Assembly: GCA_030390025.1 (NCBI GenBank)
Contig: CM059444.1
Location: 32,240,001-32,304,000, forward strand
Length of the DNA: 64,000 nt
Origin: Squalus acanthias
Taxonomy: Eukaryota
Direction: 5' to 3'
A program made the translations under genes and the position numbers. A model generated the notes under the pieces. The model searched no databases, had not been told where the DNA came from, and saw nothing but the letters and a program-made list of their open reading frames with translations. Shown here one piece after another: positions 1 through 13,269 of the stretch (position 1 is its first letter; every line of letters starts with the position of its first letter).

Positions 1-326
1 ATTCTCCAGTGTAACTATTACCACGCAGTAATGACACAGAGTGGTCTTTCACTTAGTGCCAGTGTAAAATGAGCCCCAAAACTGAACAAAATCATTAAAA
101 TGAAATTAGCATTATATATTATAGGATATATAACCGATAACTCTTGAGTGACTGTGAAGCAGTATTCTAATCGAGGCTCAAAGTTTGCTGCCCTGGTTTT
201 TATCATTATCTGAATATTTGAACTTCTTGATTAGGTCACTGTCTTGGAATCACTTCCAGTTATTCATTATTCTCAATTTAAAACACACCTCTGCACCTTT
301 TACTCTGCCGTGCTCCTATAAACAAT

Positions 327-1102
327 GACCCGGATTTTGCGGCGGTAATGACGGCGAAACTGTCAGCATTCACCGTCATTACTCCTCTGAAACTGACGGC
401 AAGTTCTGGAGATAGCGGATGCACACATAAATGCGGAAATCCAGAAGTTGCTGTCAGTGATGCTACGCTTCTCCATAGGGTGCACTGTTGAACTCCCCGG
501 AGCCGGCAATCTTTGAGAAATCACTGAACTAATGAGAACTTAAGCTTTTACCCTGTAATATCTCTCTTAAACAACCCCGAAAAAGTTAAGTCTTGTTGAA
601 TGAGGTGTGTAACTAGGTGTTTAATGGCGTACTGATTCATAATTACTGCTGAACAACCGTCTGACCCTGAAAAAATAATTTTATATGTGTGGAATGTCAA
701 ATTTTAAAAATACCATGGTTTTTAATATATAATTTTTAATTTTTTTTATTTTTAAAAAGTTTGTTTTATGATATTTCAGCTTCTACCTTAATCCCATGAG
801 TATGTGCCAATTTTTATTTCGCTCTCTAAAACGATTAAAATGATTAAAAAGTGAAGGAAAATCAGTGCATTTTACTTCCTGGTTTGCTGTCTGAGAATTC
901 TTCAATATGATTGGCTGCTTAGCCAGCTTGATGACATCACTGTTGCTGGACGCTGGAGATCCCCTAGACTTGACGCCACCGTGAAATTAACATCGGGAGA
1001 GCTGAAATTCACGCCACAGAGATCTCTAGATCTTTGTGGGCAGCTTTCTTCGAGGTCAGTGGTGAGTGCCGTCACTTTGCCGCTGACCGCAAATTCCGGG
1101 CC
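327..1102. mobile_element. MITE (non-autonomous DNA transposon, Harbinger/PHIS-like)
   Basis: Imperfect TIRs GACCCGGATTTTGCGG / CCGCAAATTCCGGGCC, flanks aat/att, GC-rich ends around an AT-rich core. Confidence 0.75.
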
Positions 1103-1311
1103 ATTAGCTTCAGCATTAGGCTTTGCCTCATGCCACTACTTTATAAAGCTCATGAGGGGGTCAGTTAGATGTTTATTTTAAGTCTATAATATGGTTTAGT
1201 TGATTGAAATAGCAGCTGTACTTTGATGGCATGGGAGTGACAGTTATAAAAGGTAGATCAAGCAAATCATGTGAAAAATATATATAGCATATATAAATAG
1301 AGCATGTTAAC

Positions 1312-3097
1312 TGTAACTGCAGATGCTGAGAATCTGAAACAAAAACGGAAAATGTTGGAAACACATAGCAGGTCAGTCAGTATCTGTGGAGAGAACAGAC
1401 ATGTTTACATTTTGGGTGTACGCCCTTCTTCAGAAATGAAAAATAGGAGGTGGACAGTTACATGGGAACATAGGAACAGGACTGGGCCATTTAGTCCCTC
1501 AAGTCTGTTCCGCCATTCAGTGAGATCATGGCTGATCTGTGACTTAACTCCACATACCTGCCTTTGCCTTAATATCTTTGGTTAACAGAAATGTATTAAT
1601 CTCAGACTTAAAATTAATAATTGACCTAGTGCTAACTGCCATTTGCCGAAGAGAGTTCCAAACTTCTACCACCCTCTGCGTGTAGAAGTGATTCCTAACT
1701 TCACTCCTGAAAGGCCTGGCTCTAATTTTTAGACTATGTCCCCTAGTCCTAGATTCCCCAATCAGCAGAAATAGTTTCACTCTACCTACCCTATCAGTTC
1801 CCCTTAATATCTTGAAAACTTCGATCAAATCACCCCTCAATCTTCTAAATTCCAGAGAATACAACCCCAGTGTGTAATCTCTCCTCGTAATTTAACCCTT
1901 GGAGTCCAGGTATCATTCTAGTAAATCTACGCTGCACTCCCTCCAAGGCCAGTATATCAGGTGTGGTCTAACTAGGCTTTGTTTAGCTGTTGCATGACTT
2001 CTAACCCCTTGTATTCTAGTCCTCTAGGTATAAAGTTATATTAATATAATCAGAAAAAGAGAGAAAGGAAAAAATATGTATATACTTACACACAGACAAA
2101 CACAGAGAGGAATCATGAATGAAATAATGTAACAATCATCTTGATTCAGTAATACACAGAAGCATTAAGACATTAAAGAAACAAAGGATGTGTAAATAGC
2201 TAAAGAAGCTACAACATGATCCCATCAACAAGCACATCTTCCCCTCCTAACCCCTCCCCTCTCTGCTTTCTAGCGGGACCATTCCCTCCACAACACCCTG
2301 GTTCACACTTCCACCACCCCTGCTTCTAGCTACCCTTCTCATGGCACTTTCCCTTGCAAGTGCAGGAGATGCAACACCTGCCCATTTGCTTCCTCCCACA
2401 TATTATCCAGTGTCCTAAACACTCTTTCCATGTGAGAAAGCAACTTCTGTGTACTTGCTCTAACCTAGCATATATTCGCTGCTCACGATTGGTCTCCTCT
2501 GCATTAAGGAAATTAAACAAAGATTAGGTGACCGCTTTACCAAACACCTCTGTTCTGTCTGCAAGTGAGATCATGAGCTTCCTACAGCCCGCCACATTAA
2601 CTCCCCCTCCCCTTCCCATTCCCACTCTGACCTCTCTCATTGATCTTGTACACAGTTCCGAAGAAGCTCACAACAAGCTTCAAGAACAATATTGCTTCTT
2701 TCTCCTAAGCACCCTGCGACCCTCTGGTCTGAACATTGACTGCAGTAACTTCAGAGTTTAGCTTTATCCTTATTTGCAAACCTATTTTAATTTGATACCT
2801 GAGCCCAGGTTTTCAATCTCTCACATTTCCAAGACCACCCATTTCCTTAGCTGTTTACCTTTGTTTATTTAATGTCTTAATGTTGCTGTCTCTTACTTGA
2901 CTGTGATGACCATTCAATCATTCCTCTCTGTGTTTGTTATATATATATCCATCCTTTTTTCTGATTGTATTAATCTGCCTATCTCCCTCTTATTTTTCAG
3001 TTCTGAAGAATGATCTGCACCTGAAAAGTAAACGTATCCATTCTCTCCACAGATGCTGACTGTCTTGCAGTGTGTTTCCAACGTTTTCTGTTTTTGT
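1312..3097 (+). mobile_element. Decayed Penelope-like retroelement (GIY-YIG remnant) with inverted terminal repeat copies
   Basis: 2240-2760 gives interrupted PLSAF.RDHSL, PCKCRRCNTCP, IRCS and RLGDRF..HL motifs typical of PLE endonucleases; 1312-1435 is a diverged reverse complement of the terminal repeat at 3001-3097. Confidence 0.7.
1460..2030 (-). mobile_element. CR1 LINE 3' fragment
   Basis: ORF 1544..1864(-) YSLEFRRLRGDLIEVFKIL...RTRGHSLK...FYTQRVVEVWNSL is the CR1 ORF2 C-terminus; CR1-type 3' tail near 1465. Confidence 0.9.
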
Positions 3098-4218
3098 TAT
3101 AAATAATGCATGTTGGATTCAAGTATTTTTTTGTACATTATTATCTGCAGTATGTAGGTCATAGAATCCTTAGCACAATTTCTGTGTTGCCAATCATAAC
3201 TCTTATTTTACCTGCACTGTTGGACCATATGGCCAATTCACATGAGAATAAATGGTGTTGCTGTGTTTTGATCTTAGCAGTGGATTTTCATGAAATGTGT
3301 TTAAATGCCCTTTCAATGGAGCACTAAACACATAATTATACTTACTATTTTATATTTATAAATAAAAGATTTAAAATGTAACCTAAATGAAAAAAGTCAA
3401 GGTAAAAGTATATCTTCAAAGATCAACAAGCAATTACTGTACAAAACCCTCATCAAAACTGATCATTATGTTTTGTGTTGGATTCTGTGTGACCTTTTCT
3501 GATACATATTCAGCCAGCTGTCTTACTTTTCCTGTTTATGTAATGATAATTAAATTCCTGCATGTAGGCATATTTCACCTTAAAGAAATCTGTTTCAAAT
3601 GACATCTGTTGTGTTACTAACATACAGATATATGGTGCAGTAGAAGGGTTTCATGCTGCCAATTAGTCATATTTAATAAAATAAAAAGTTACATCATTTC
3701 AAAAATATTTTACATTGAGTTTTGTTTGCTACTCTTCATAGATTATCAAAGCTTTCCGTGTTGATTTCCAGCCTCCTTTACAAAGTGCTGTCTGAGTGTA
3801 ATCGACAGTTCGTACTCATTGATAGTCATACAGTAATTTTTTTTTAAATCCTGTATTTTGCATAATTATTGAATTCGGTTTTGGTCAATTCAATGACTGT
3901 TCCACAACAGTAGAAATGATGTTGAGCAATTAGTAGCTTACAAACTGGAACGTCTTATGTTTTACGTATTGTGTATGCAAAGCTGTTACAATTTAATCTG
4001 TATGATATAAAATTTCTTGGTGATTTTAACCACAAGAGAAGTGTTTTGCTAGATGTTCTGTTGTCTTTTCTTTTTTGTTTTTTCTTTCTTTGCTTGAACC
4101 CTAGTACTTTGAATGACACTACCTGCTGCTAGGTTAGGGCTCCTATCTGCTTTCCTAAGCCTTGTTGCTAGTCTTTATGTTGTTCTGGTTTGTTCCTTCT
4201 TACCCTGCTAACTTCTAG

Positions 4219-4230
4219 CTGGACTAAAGG
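4219..4230 (+). CDS. CADPS: CADPS 12-nt cassette microexon (S)GLK(D), phase 1-1
   Basis: ccctgctaacttctag|CTGGACTAAAGG|gtaagt; perfect donor, upstream UGC, phase matches the next exon; gives SQFSGLKDADRAQ as in CAPS1 isoforms I recall. Confidence 0.85.
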
Positions 4231-7111
4231 GTAAGTGCTTCCCTGTAGCTGGCACAGGTCAGATAATCAGCACTGATTATCTGACAAATGCAATGTGTTT
4301 TTTTCTTCTCAAATCTATCATGTTTAGAATTCTGTAGTTTAATACTCATATTTCCTGAATTTAGGTTTGACATGAAAGCTTCCATACTGCAAATCCAGAT
4401 GCATGCGGTATTTGCATAATTGCCCTCTCTCTGGCTTTTATATTGTAGTCAAAGGCTCCTCTTAGTAAGACTTAGATATTTCTTAACATTTTCTAACCTC
4501 CATGCAATGTAAACATGAATTAACATCACAAAAGATGTCAGTAATATATTTATTCAATTATCTCTACAGCTAATTGACAGCGTAATGCTTGAAAACAGAT
4601 TGCCTTACACAATGATATCATAATGCCTGTTTCTTCACAGCAATGATTAGCACCACTGTGGTAATTATAGTCTACTGCCAGGATAAGCACAACAAATAAA
4701 CTCCACATTTATATACCAGCTCTTGTTTTCTGTATTCTTTCCATACTTATCAAACAACATGTGTTGTATCACATGAATGTTAGTATGTAAAGTGTTTACA
4801 ATGCGTGTGGAAACAGAGGTATTATGACGTTGCTACAAAATTAGCCTTCGATAAGCATTGTACTGCATTGAAAGTATTTAAACTGTTAATAATCCCAATG
4901 TTCTTGAATTAGCAGTTGCCATTCAAAAATATAAGAGTCTAATTCCTATTAGATCATTAATTTTATCCAAGAAAAAGCTTGAAATATGATTTCCCATTTA
5001 GAACTTACATTGAAAATGGATTGGGGCATCCAAAAAGATTGGTGTTCAAAAGGGCATTATTTTGTTAAAATCCATTTCAGTGGATTCCATTTACTTTACT
5101 GATGTCTATTACGCCTGTTTTAGTAAAGATATCACACTAAGCCTCGAGAGATTTTAGTTTTGGAAGTTACTGCATGGAGTTTAGTTAATGCAGGTTTTAC
5201 TCATAGGAGACAATAGCAAAGGTTGTGGGAGTTGGCAAATATGTATTTGGAGTATTCCGAATGCAAAACCGAGGAGTAGGTGATGCCATCCCTCCTTATC
5301 ATGAAAAATACTCCTGTTTACTCATAGACTTACCGTTGGATAACAGGCAGAAAATTCCAGCACTTAAGACAGATCTTATTTGTTTCTGTTTGATGCCTGA
5401 CAAATATTCTGTATTTTGTTTTATTTTGCTGTAGTGCATTTTTGGTGGAAATACATGGTATTTGTGAAACTCTGAAAGGTGCATCAGACTCCCATATAAT
5501 GAAAAGTGCAAAACAGTATCCCTGTATTTCCATCAAACTTTGTTGCTATCCTATTAGATTGGTTTGGTAGTTTTGTATGCTTTAAATGCTACATATTTTA
5601 TCATCAATACACTGCTGTAATATTTTTAGTATTTTCAAATTGCAATTGCTACATTTGAGGAATGCAGTACCACAATCTAGTGAATTTAATCAATTCACTT
5701 AGTGTGCATGTTTTTTTCTTAACTGCAGTACACTATAAGCCACTTACTTTAAAGATACCAATCAGATGCATGAATGACTAATTTAGAATTTTACAAATTC
5801 ATATAATTCAATTTTTTCGTGATATTTGTGAATTAAGGAAGGATCTAAAATAAGTTTTTACTCAAAATATAAATCAGTATTAAAATAAACAGTCAGTGCC
5901 CTCTTTGTGACTAACTTTGAAAACTGCTGGCTATTTGATCTGCGTCACATTTTTAAAATATTTTCCATCATTTACTTAAAGCAAACTGCTTGTAGTTCCT
6001 TAAAGGATCCAACTAAAAAGATATAATTAGCATTTTCTGGGCCACTAGGAAATGATGGTGTCCTGCAGTATGCCCGTCATGTTCTTGTTATGTGCCTTTA
6101 TCAGAATGCTGGGATGTGACAAGGAGAATGTCATCCAGGCCAACAACATAGATATTGTATTTTTAAAAAACATCAGAAATATGCCATAGTAGTTTTGTTT
6201 AATTTTTTTGATTTGTTTGATGAATTTATAAATCTCTGACTATGATGCTGAAAGTAAAAAGGTATGTATCTTTGATATTTACATTTTAAAATTGCTGAAA
6301 ATAATGTAGATCAGTTTCTCATTAGAGCGTCAGTCCCCACAGAACATTCTCGCAGCTAGTATCTGAAAATGGATAGCTGCCATCAATCATTGTCATTTCT
6401 TCTTTTCCCTTCTCCAGCTGAGGTTGACTAGTGTCATTGTTTGTTATTGTCCAAAACAGATCTTCATTCTTTTAATGTCAAAGAGATATGACATGTGCGC
6501 ATTTACCAGAGGACTGTGATAGAAAGTCACCTTTTTCATGTCTGACATCTCATTGTGAACTTTCTGCAGGAAATGTTAATAAATTTGTGTGACATAAAAT
6601 TAATTGTCTCTGTGCTGTTAACAAGTTAAAAAGCACTGCAATTAAGATTTCACTGCACATTATTATCTTACATTATGAAGATGAATCTTTATTCAAATGA
6701 TTTATAATTTAAAGCCTTCAAATATTGTCACATCCTCTGTGACAGCTAGTAGGTTCCAGGTTGATTTTTTTTTCTCAAAAAACACAATTTAGTATTAAAA
6801 TTTTGTTTCATAAATTTGCCATCCTTTAATTCAAAGATCATTTTTGTTTTTAGGGACAGATAATTTCTGTGTGACTCGTTAAACAGACGAGTGGAAAGAA
6901 TACTGGCCCACATTGGAGCAGCACAGTTTAACTTATTGCAGATTAAAAGATGCTAATTAATTTAAAGAAATCCCTTAAAGTGCACTGATTATGAAATCTG
7001 ACATTATGTAGCATATGCTGTGTGCCTTACATGGTGAATTCTAGTCTAGCTTGGTGTTAACTGGCAATTGATGGTGTTTTACAAACATATCATCGTTTGT
7101 AATCTTGATAA

Positions 7112-7147
7112 ATATATATATATTTATTTTTATATATATATATATAT
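7112..7147. repeat. Interrupted (TA)n microsatellite
   Basis: Direct reading. Confidence 0.8.
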
Positions 7148-10100
7148 GTACAATTATAAAAACAGATTAAGTTTATACATAGTAACAATTCACAGTGCCC
7201 TAAAAAAATGAATAGTTCAACATTCTAGCACAGCCACCATACAGATACTGTTAAGTTTGAGGGTTATTCCAGTATTATTAAATGAATGGAATGTAAATAA
7301 TTATAATTAATATATTTATTGCAGTTAGTCACATTCTGGATTTATCTCTTAGAACTAGTGATTTGTTAATCTGTAAAATGTATCAAACGGTTAATATTAA
7401 TGATTTTTTAAATTTAAAATGCTAAGCATCATTATAGATGTTGGTGCTGTGATTACTGACTGAATGCTAAAAATTATTTGCTGCTGATTTCCTGTAGATG
7501 AATGCGAAACATAAGCTTTTGCCTCTTCATATAATTGTCTTATCATCTGGAGTCAGACTCACTCTTCGGGACTGCAGTAATATTTCTGCATCAAAATAAA
7601 GAACACTTGAATATGATTAATTTATTCAGGGGCTTCGATGAATTAACAGATGATTTACTGTTTCGTACATTTTTCTAATCCTGCTCATTATAATGCTAGC
7701 AATAGATTATTTACCAAAAATAATCTTCACATCTTATAGATATATATTCAGATTTGGAAAGCTGTAAAAGGGAACACCGCATTCAAAGGATTAATCTTTC
7801 CTGGGGTATACAAATAGCATCCATGACCCAGAGAAGCCATTTTTTATACTGTATCACTGGATTAAAATACCAGCAAGCCTGCTGTAGAATTCTCTCTGAA
7901 TCCAATCGCATAGCAAACTTTACTCACGTGATTGTGTCTGACTCAGTGATGCATATGAAACTGTACCACTCTTGCCTCTACTTTGGTGCAGAAAGGCTGT
8001 ACTTCGTGTGCATGAAAAATCCTGAATTCAAAAATGGAAGGAGTTTTTTTTTAAGAGTCTAATTCTCTTGCAATACTAGCTGTGGCTTTATGGGGACTAT
8101 TAATGTGTCTGGATCTTTAACAGTAATGTTGTGGCATAAGCCCGCAGCATTACTGTCCACGTTGAGCTGTAAAAGTACGCCAACAGAGATTTTTTTCAGA
8201 AAAAGCAGCAGTCCATGTTTATGTGTTCACTCAACAGTTAGGTATTTAAACTGCTGGATTGCCTTTATGTCATGGTGCCTCTGTCTCCAAACTTTAGTAT
8301 CTTTAACTGTCTCTAAATATTCTTAAAATTTACCATATTCTTCCAGTTTTGGATTTAAAATGCCTACATCAGTTCAACTTTTGTCATGTCATCACCAATT
8401 GATAAAGAAAATAAAGTGTTAAAGTTAAATGCCTATTTTAGTCAAAAAAATCTGAATGAGAAAGAATTAAGTCACATTATATAAATGATGGACTCCAGAA
8501 CACTGAAAATTAATTGCATTTAAACGATTGCATGTTACTGACGAGTGTTAACTTTTTTTTCTTGATGGGGTATTTGAACCTTTATGGAATAACACTTAAA
8601 AACTTTTTTTTTTGCGGTTTTCAAATAAAATTTACTAAATAGAATACAAGCACAAATGAGAAGAATATGAATCCAATGTCTGCAGTAATACTTCTTATAT
8701 TATTACATTTTGTTCTTTTAAATTTGCAAGTTTAACACATTTCAAACCACCATTGTTTTATTTATTTTACCTAAGTAATGAAACATTGCTTCATTACGAA
8801 TTGATTTTCCCTAAACAGAATGCCAGTCTTGACCATTAATAACACTTGTCAAAACTCACTCGTCTTAAGTTTAGCACTAAAGCGTTACTACTTTGGGAAA
8901 TGCAAGTGGATAATCCTGTGACCTGTATGTAAACTAAAAGCTAGGGATGCACAAGACAGTGGTAAGAAGGAGAGAGATTTTTTAAAAAGCATCTTTATTT
9001 GCATAGCATTTGGAGAAAAGCCCATGTAATGGGAAACTGACTGTATGTAATAGACAGTGAAATCTGTCCTTCATTTGACTTGACGCATACAAGAAAATAC
9101 CAGTGACTAGGGTGCATCTGACCACACCCAGAATGGCTTCTGTTTTTGTTTCTTTGGCTGATTATAGTATTTTAGCTCCGCATGTTGAGATTAATTAGTT
9201 AGTCCCTAGGTGGTTGTGCCTACAGGCTTCAGTTTGAAAAGAAAGCATGAATGCTCCTACTTCATTAATTCATAGCAAATAGCAGAATGTAACCTTGCTG
9301 TGCCAGTCCTTTCTGTCTTTTTTGTTTAGCAGTACAGATATAGTGTCAGACTGTTTTCCATCATGAATCCATTTTAATCTGCAATGAAGCATTCTGAATA
9401 ATTTCATTGCATATATTAACCATCTATGATTTGACAGTCATAGCCTAACTCATTTGAGTTGTAAAGATTACAATAATCTTCTGTTTTATTGATGCAATTA
9501 ACTTGATATAAACAATAAATTTTGCATATTAAAAATGTAATCTGTATGTATTTAAAATGATTCCACTCGATATCACTACTTCCTTCTGTTGATTGTATTG
9601 TTATCTTTTGCCTTTTTTGTCCCTCCTTCACACACGTTAGTCCCCATAACCGTACTAATAAATTTGATCGGGTATATGGAATAGACCAGCTCAGATGTTG
9701 TCAGTGCAGCTCCTCAGTCAATCCACCAGGAGGTGCACTTGAGCAAAAAAGATCGACATTCAGGTATCCCAGCCTGGTCTGGAAAATCTTTCCTTCATCC
9801 CCCCGCCCCCACCCCGGGCTGCTCAATATCAAAGTTATTGATATGTCCATGTCTTGCCAGTTTATTTGGGCACTTTATATATTTCTAAATAATTAATTTT
9901 GAAAGTGCAAATAAAAAACAAAAATATGATACCCAATCTACACACTCACCAACCTTGTCTGAAATCTGGTTTCAGTACAGTTTCCCAGGACAGGGCTGGG
10001 CCTTATTATGGTTCTAATCTTAGTTTTACACCAGCATATCACTTTTAAGTCTGATTCTATTATAAAACAATTGTGATCTCATTTTTGTGATATACAGTCT

Positions 10101-10609
10101 GTACTTTTTCAAATAAAATATTCTCGCTTAACTCCTCAGAATTAAAATTTGATATGAAAACTGGTGTGACTAAAATGGACCAGCAATGGAAACAACATCT
10201 GTTTTATTAGTTTTTACAATACCTAGCGGCAAAACAATCCTTAAATAAAATCTGAACCAGAATTGCATTCTGTGGAATGGCAGAATCTATTGTGAAAAAT
10301 AATCATACTGTAAAAATATATTAATTAGTTATCAGTACACATAGTATGGTACTTAGTTGGAAATAGGGGTATGTGCAGTGTGCATTATATTTTACATTTA
10401 GGTTGTACTGGAATTGAATATAATATTCCAGAGGGATAAAATCTATTGCATGAAAAGTTTTTGGAAAGCAAAAAATGAATCAAGCCCAGGGTAGTTAGGG
10501 GGGGGTAAATAATCCTAAAAAGCTTGCCTGCTCAGTTTACCTGCTCAATTGACAGCTTTGAAATCTTTCTCTAAGTGTACTCTTTTCTGTATATGTGCCT
10601 GGCAAACAG

Positions 10610-10746
10610 ATGCAGACAGAGCGCAGAAGCATGGGATGGATGAATTTATCTCTGCCAATCCTTGTATGTTTGATCACGCTACACTCTTTGAAACACTACA
10701 AAGGCTGACTCTGGACCACAGACTTAATGATTCCTATTCATGTTTG
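10610..10746 (+). CDS. CADPS: CADPS coding exon, 137 nt ([12 protein letters not shown]...NDSYSCL), GC donor
   Basis: ggcaaacag|AT GCA GAC...TGT TTG|gcaagt; phase 1 in, phase 0 out, matching next exon GGC TGG. Confidence 0.95.
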
Positions 10747-10989
10747 GCAAGTATATTACTCATTTATAACGCTTTTGAAAACAGTGGGAGAATTATTTGA
10801 GCTGACATATTTGTCATTCTATTTTAAATAGACATAAAAGACCAAAAAGTATACACTGAGGTGGAACAGCTAATATTACATATATTAACATACTGGCAAC
10901 ACAAATGTTACTTCGTAAGTCTTAGGAGATTTCAGTTCTGCTTCATGAAACTGATGCCATTCATTTTTGCTGTAGATTTCTACACTTGA

Positions 10990-11580
10990 GGCCTGGATGT
11001 TCCTTCATTATCCCACCCCAGGTTGGGAGGCATAGTGGTGAAAATAGAGGGGCGAATGGGGGCACTTACCACCGCCTCTCCGCCTGGACCTTAATTACGC
11101 TTCACCACCCCGCCGGGACAGCCATTGGCTGCTCTTCCCTGCCTGCTGCATGCAAAAGCCGTCAGGGAGGCAGGGCCCAGGTTGTCAGCGTATTTACCTC
11201 CCATCCGCCACTCGTACCACAGCTTCCCCAGGACCACCAGGTAAAGCCTGGCAGGTACTCTCCAGGCTAGCGGCGGGAAGGCCTGGAGGTCTCTTGATAG
11301 AGGGAGGTGCCTAGTAATGGCTCCTCTCTCGCTCTGTTTTTCTCTTATTTTCTCACTGGCTGAAAGCCTCAGTCTTGGCCATGGACTTTCGGAGACAATT
11401 TTCTGCAGTCTTCTGCCTATTTAAACTGGCCTCTCGCCTCTCAGTTGCTGCAGTGGCAGTCAGCCATGAATACTTAATGACCCTGACCCAGCAAACTGCG
11501 CCTGGGTCTTGGCAGGGCTGGGGCAGCAGGTGGAAGTCCTGGTTGTCCCTGTAGGGGCAGATTAAAGAAATTCCAACCCA
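10990..11580. mobile_element. Old MITE-like element
   Basis: GC-rich block with degenerate ends GGCCTGGATGTTCC / GAAATTCCAACCC resembling the other MITEs here. Confidence 0.5.
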
Positions 11581-11699
11581 AAATCTTTGCTTACATCATG
11601 CTCATATAGTATAACAAAGTAGCAAAATGTTTGTTAAAAATATAATTGTGTTTAAAAGTTTAATGTGCAAGCTGACATTCTAAATGGTTCACTCTCCTC

Positions 11700-12642
11700 A
11701 GGCACTGCCCCCGCCATTTAAAAAGTGATGTCATCAGCCCCTCTTCAAAAGATCCATCCTTGCACCCTCTGTCCTTGAAAACTACCACCCCATCTTCAAC
11801 CTCCCTTTCCTCTCTGAAGTCCTTAAACATGTTATTGCTTTCCAGGCCTGTCTCCATCTCTCCTGTAACTCCTCCACTCCTCCCACGGCACCTAAACGGC
11901 ACCTAATGAACTAAAAAAAGCTGTGACCATGACCGTGAAGCGTTATTCCTCTTTGACTTATCTGAAGCCTCTGACATGGTCAGCCACGACATCTTCCTCC
12001 AATGCCTCTCCTTTGTTGTCAGCTAAGTGGGACTGCAATTGCTTGGTTCCACTCTTACCTATCCAATCATAGCCACAGCATCTCTACCAAAGGCTTCTCT
12101 TCCCACCACTGCACTTTAATCTCTGGATTCTCCCTATGATCCATCCTTGACCCCCTTCTCTTCCTCAAATACATGCTACCCTTTGGTGACATCATCTGTA
12201 GATACGGGCCTTGATTTTAACTCCTCACTGACTTATATTAGCTCACGGTTCCGCAATGTGTCAAATTTCAAATTATGTTTCTTGTTTTGAAATCCTCCGT
12301 GACTTCACCTCTCTCTATCTCTGTAACCTTCTCCACCACTACAGTGTCCCGCTGAACTCTCCATTCCTCTGACACCGGCCTCTTCTGCATCCTCCCTTCC
12401 TGTCATCCCATCATTGGCAGATGTGCCTTGAGTCCCCTAGGCCCCATGACCTGTGAACCCCTTCCTAAACCTCTCCGAGTTCCACCTCCCTCTCCTCCTT
12501 TAGGACCTATCCTTAAAACCTATTTCTTGTTCCAAGCTTTTGGTCATCCCTCCTAACATGTTTTTTCAACTCGCCATCTGTTTTTTCCTCATGCTTCTGT
12601 AAAGAATTTTGGAACGATTTTCTACATTAATGGACTATATAA
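11700..12642 (+). mobile_element. L2 LINE 3' fragment, decayed
   Basis: LFDLSEASDMVSH (cf. LLDLSAAFDTVDH RT motif) near 11950; C/T-rich body; L2-type 3' end. Confidence 0.75.
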
Positions 12643-12654
12643 AAAGGTGTTAAC

Positions 12655-13050
12655 CTTGGTAGCACTCTTGGTTACGGGTTCAAGAGCCATTCCCAAGACG
12701 TGTGCACATAATCTAGCCTGATACAGAGGGAGTGCTGGGGTGTTAGAGGTGCCATCCTACAGATGAGATGTTAAACCAAGGCCCTGTCTACCCTCTCAGG
12801 TGGGCATAAAACATCCCATGACCAGAGCAAGGGAGTTTTCCCAATGTCCTGCCCAATATTTATCCCTCAACCACCACCACCACTAAAACAGACTATTTGG
12901 TCATTTATCTCATTGCTGTCTGTGGGAACTAGCTGTGTGCATATTGGCTGCTACTTTTGCGTACAGTATGACAGTATTTCATTGGCTGTGAAGTGCTTTG
13001 GAACGTCCTGAGGGCATGAAAGCCACTGTATAATGCAAGTTCTTTCTTAA
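12655..13050 (+). mobile_element. tRNA-derived SINE with L2-type tail (SacSINE1/Deu-SINE-like)
   Basis: Colinear with the reverse complement of the copy at 50184-50653; ends atgcaagttctttctt. Confidence 0.75.
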
Positions 13051-13053
13051 ATG

Positions 13054-13122
13054 AAAGAAAGACTTGCATTTATATAGCGCCTTTCATGACCACCGGACGT
13101 CTCAAAGCGCTTTACAGCCAAT
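13054..13122 (-). mobile_element. Short 3' tail of the same SINE/L2 family, tail-to-tail with the preceding copy
   Basis: gaaagacttgcatttatatagcgcctttcatgaccaccggacgtctcaaagcgctttacagccaat is nearly identical to ~50192-50257. Confidence 0.8.
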
Positions 13123-13269
13123 TTACAGACAAATACAACTTGTTGTTGTTGTTGTTGTTGTGTGTATTCATCATTTATACTTCTAGTGGACTGATTTTGT
13201 CACTCAGATTACTAAAAATACTATAGCCTTTACTTATAGTGAATAAAATCAGTATATTTATCAATTCAC

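Noticed and set aside
3742-3835. Two AG acceptor-like sites followed by short open stretches (e.g. SSFTKCCLSVIDSS)
   Set aside because: No donor giving a frame-preserving exon, and no recognisable CAPS peptide in the required phase.
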